Source: Octopus bimaculoides
Taxonomy: Eukaryota
DNA length: 36,252 nt
Assembly: GCF_001194135.2 (NCBI RefSeq)
Contig: NC_068996.1
Location: 5,343,887-5,380,138 of the forward strand
Direction of reading: 5' to 3'
Below the pieces are notes generated by a model. That model saw only the letters and a program-made list of their open reading frames with translations. It had not been told where the DNA came from and made no database searches. The translations under genes were made by a program, and so were the position numbers. Shown in pieces: positions 33,993-36,252 of the stretch. The number at the start of each line of letters is the position of its first letter. Position 1 is the stretch's first letter.

Positions 33993-34460
33993 TACGGTCT
34001 GAGTTCAAATTCTGACGAGGTCGATAAAATAAGAACCAGTTTCGCTGGCCCTTTGCTAAAATTTGAAACCATTATTTTTGTTGTTGTTCTTGTTAAGATA
34101 TTTGGGGGAATCGTTAGAGAGTCAGACAAAATGTGTTGACGGATTTGTTCCGGTTCAAATCCTGCCAAGGCAACTAACGTGCTAGTCACGTACGGAGGAT
34201 CGATGCACTCGACTGAAACCTTCTCCTAAAATTGCTAGCCCTATACCAAAATTTGGAACAATAAGTGGGTGATCTGGCAAAACCATTAGCACGTCGGAAG
34301 AATTGCTTAGTGGCACTTCTGGATTTTTACGTAATGAGTTCAAACTCCACCGAGGTCCACTTTGCTTTTCAAATTAGTATCAGTTGAACATTGTAGTCGA
34401 CGCAATTGGCCACCCTCCCCGCTGAAATTGCTGGCCAACTACCAAAGTTTGAAACTTTTA
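33993..34460 (+). mobile_element. Three further decayed family A SINE fragments in the same orientation
   Basis: B-box-like GAGTTCAAATTCTG (about 34001), GGTTCAAATCCTG (about 34152) and GAGTTCAAACTCC (about 34336), two of them with heads GAATCGTTAG and CCATTAGCACG. Confidence 0.65.
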
Positions 34461-34660
34461 TTACCTATGCCTGTCTGTCACTTTGGAAGGAAGGGGATGA
34501 ACTCCTGCAGGATTAAAAACAGACAAGAAACGTCAATCGTCAGTATTTAAGAGTTACGGGCCTGAGAAAGAAAAGAATACATGCATACATACATACATGC
34601 ATACATATACGAGACCAAAGTGTACGTACGCCGCTATATGTTTATATATATGTAATACAG

Positions 34661-34836
34661 AAATGGAACAAGAACGCAAAACATCCAGACAGTTAGGTGA
34701 TAAAAAAAGAGACAACAAAACATTCAGATAGACGATACAAAGAAAACAAGGACGGGTCATTCGGAGTTTTCTTTCATCAGTCGAGATCCAGATTATCTTT
34801 GCAATTTCGGCTGGTTATACTCGATATTGCTCCAAT
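34661..34836. mobile_element. Unclassified interspersed repeat, possibly Penelope-related
   Basis: Recalled as a common octopus repeat; TTTCGGCTGGTTATAC resembles TTTCAGCTGATATAC in the 22.9-kb pLTR; weak. Confidence 0.3.
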
Positions 34837-35028
34837 ACATAATACATACATACATACACACATACACACACGCACATACATACATACATACATACATACA
34901 TACATACATACATACACACACATATACTTATACACACACATATATTCTTTGATTCTTTTACTTGTTTCTTTACTTGTTTCAGTCATTTGATATATATATG
35001 TATGTGTGTGTGTGTAGATATCGATATG

Positions 35029-35091
<63 letters not shown>

Positions 35092-35134
35092 AACGCTAAC
35101 CCAGATAGGTTGAGGTTCACTACATCTGTTTCAG

Positions 35135-35194
35135 ACGAGTTCTTTATTGACGAACAAGACCATTACATCATGTAAAAAAGACTGTTTTCCTCAG
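35135..35194 (+). other. Candidate 60-nt phase-0 exon (TSSLLTNKTITSCKKDCFPQ)
   Basis: Acceptor CATCTGTTTCAG, donor CAG|GTGAAT, open frame; protein not recognised. Confidence 0.2.
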
Positions 35195-35675
35195 GTGAAT
35201 TAAGAGTAAAATTTAACATTTAAGATTTCTCACATGAATAGAACATAATGCATCTTGACCCTCCCATCTTCATTAGTAAGGACGTGCGTATCCGTGCACA
35301 TTGTTTAATGCACAGGTGCACCATTCCTGAATCTGTCTTGGTACCTTTGTTATTTAAATACCTTGATTCTATCGGATTCTGAAAATGTTATTACATACAG
35401 ACACACACACACACATACACATATTAAGATAGTGGTGATCCAGTTTGTCTGGACTTCCTTTGAAATATGGTAAATCAGGTAAGCAAAGAAACAAATGTCT
35501 ATGCATTGACAGCGGAAATAAAGACTCGAAGGTCAAATAAGAATTGATATGACGCGTGGTATAATAGAGACAGGTCTTACTTAGATGTTTTTAACAAATG
35601 CTACTCTTGTATCTTTGAGTCTAATTCAATTTTATACTATCAGAGAAAATAGAAATCTCTGGAGCAGCAGTTACG

Positions 35676-35676
<1 letters not shown>

Positions 35677-35751
<75 letters not shown>
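35677..35751. repeat. (AGT)n microsatellite
   Basis: Direct observation. Confidence 0.95.
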
Positions 35752-35752
<1 letters not shown>

Positions 35753-35984
35753 TTTGATACAAGCAAACATACCACACGATGAACTGCATCGTTAATGTAC
35801 ATATGTGAACATGACTCCCTGACCTGTAAACTGCTGAGAAGTTCGTTTCGAAACCATGTGTTTCCTAGTAGATCGTACTCTGCAGTAAGTTGGGCATGTG
35901 TTTTTTAACACAGCCTTTTGAATAGAATCTGGTAGAAACTGAAGACTGTTGTATGCTTACAAATATTCACGCATGCGAGCTTAC

Positions 35985-36005
35985 GCACACACATTCATAG
36001 AGACA

Positions 36006-36037
<32 letters not shown>

Positions 36038-36209
36038 AGTGTGTGTGTGTGTGTACATAACACACCTACATATATTCACATATATATATATAAACGTCTA
36101 CATATACGCACACGCACGCATATACAAACGTACATACGTACATACATACATACATACACACATACATACATGCATGCATTCATATATATTTACATATATA
36201 TGTATATAT

Positions 36210-36252
<43 letters not shown>
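35985..36252. repeat. (CA)n/(GT)n/(TACA)n/(TA)n block
   Basis: Direct observation. Confidence 0.9.

Noticed and set aside
34750-34800. CTGATGA followed by CCGAAT on the minus strand, a possible second hammerhead
   Set aside because: GAAT replaces GAAA, stem II has at most 2 bp, and no helix I pairing is available.

Overview
Eukaryotic, AT-rich, microsatellite-saturated window with eight N-gaps. The SINE and LINE families look like those of an octopus (coleoid cephalopod) genome; this is an inference from recalled repeat families, not a database hit. No host protein-coding gene can be called confidently, and most ORFs in the supplied track are microsatellite or N-gap artefacts. Supported content: a decayed but near-complete Tx1/L1-type LINE ORF2 (APE plus RT, about 30.1-33.66 kb, +); three 3' fragments of R4/Dong-type LINEs with a restriction-like endonuclease, each abutting a trinucleotide array; a decayed D,D34D mariner (17.78-18.9 kb, -) and a second mariner end; three tRNA-derived SINE families (three copies with 13-14 bp TSDs); two copies of an ATT-tailed retroposon; many simple repeats. 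The most notable non-coding signals are a Penelope-type minimal hammerhead ribozyme (23039-23084) inside a 160-bp inverted repeat that could mask it, and a separate 174-bp bipartite foldback (9278-9451). A few isolated micro-exon candidates are reported at low confidence.
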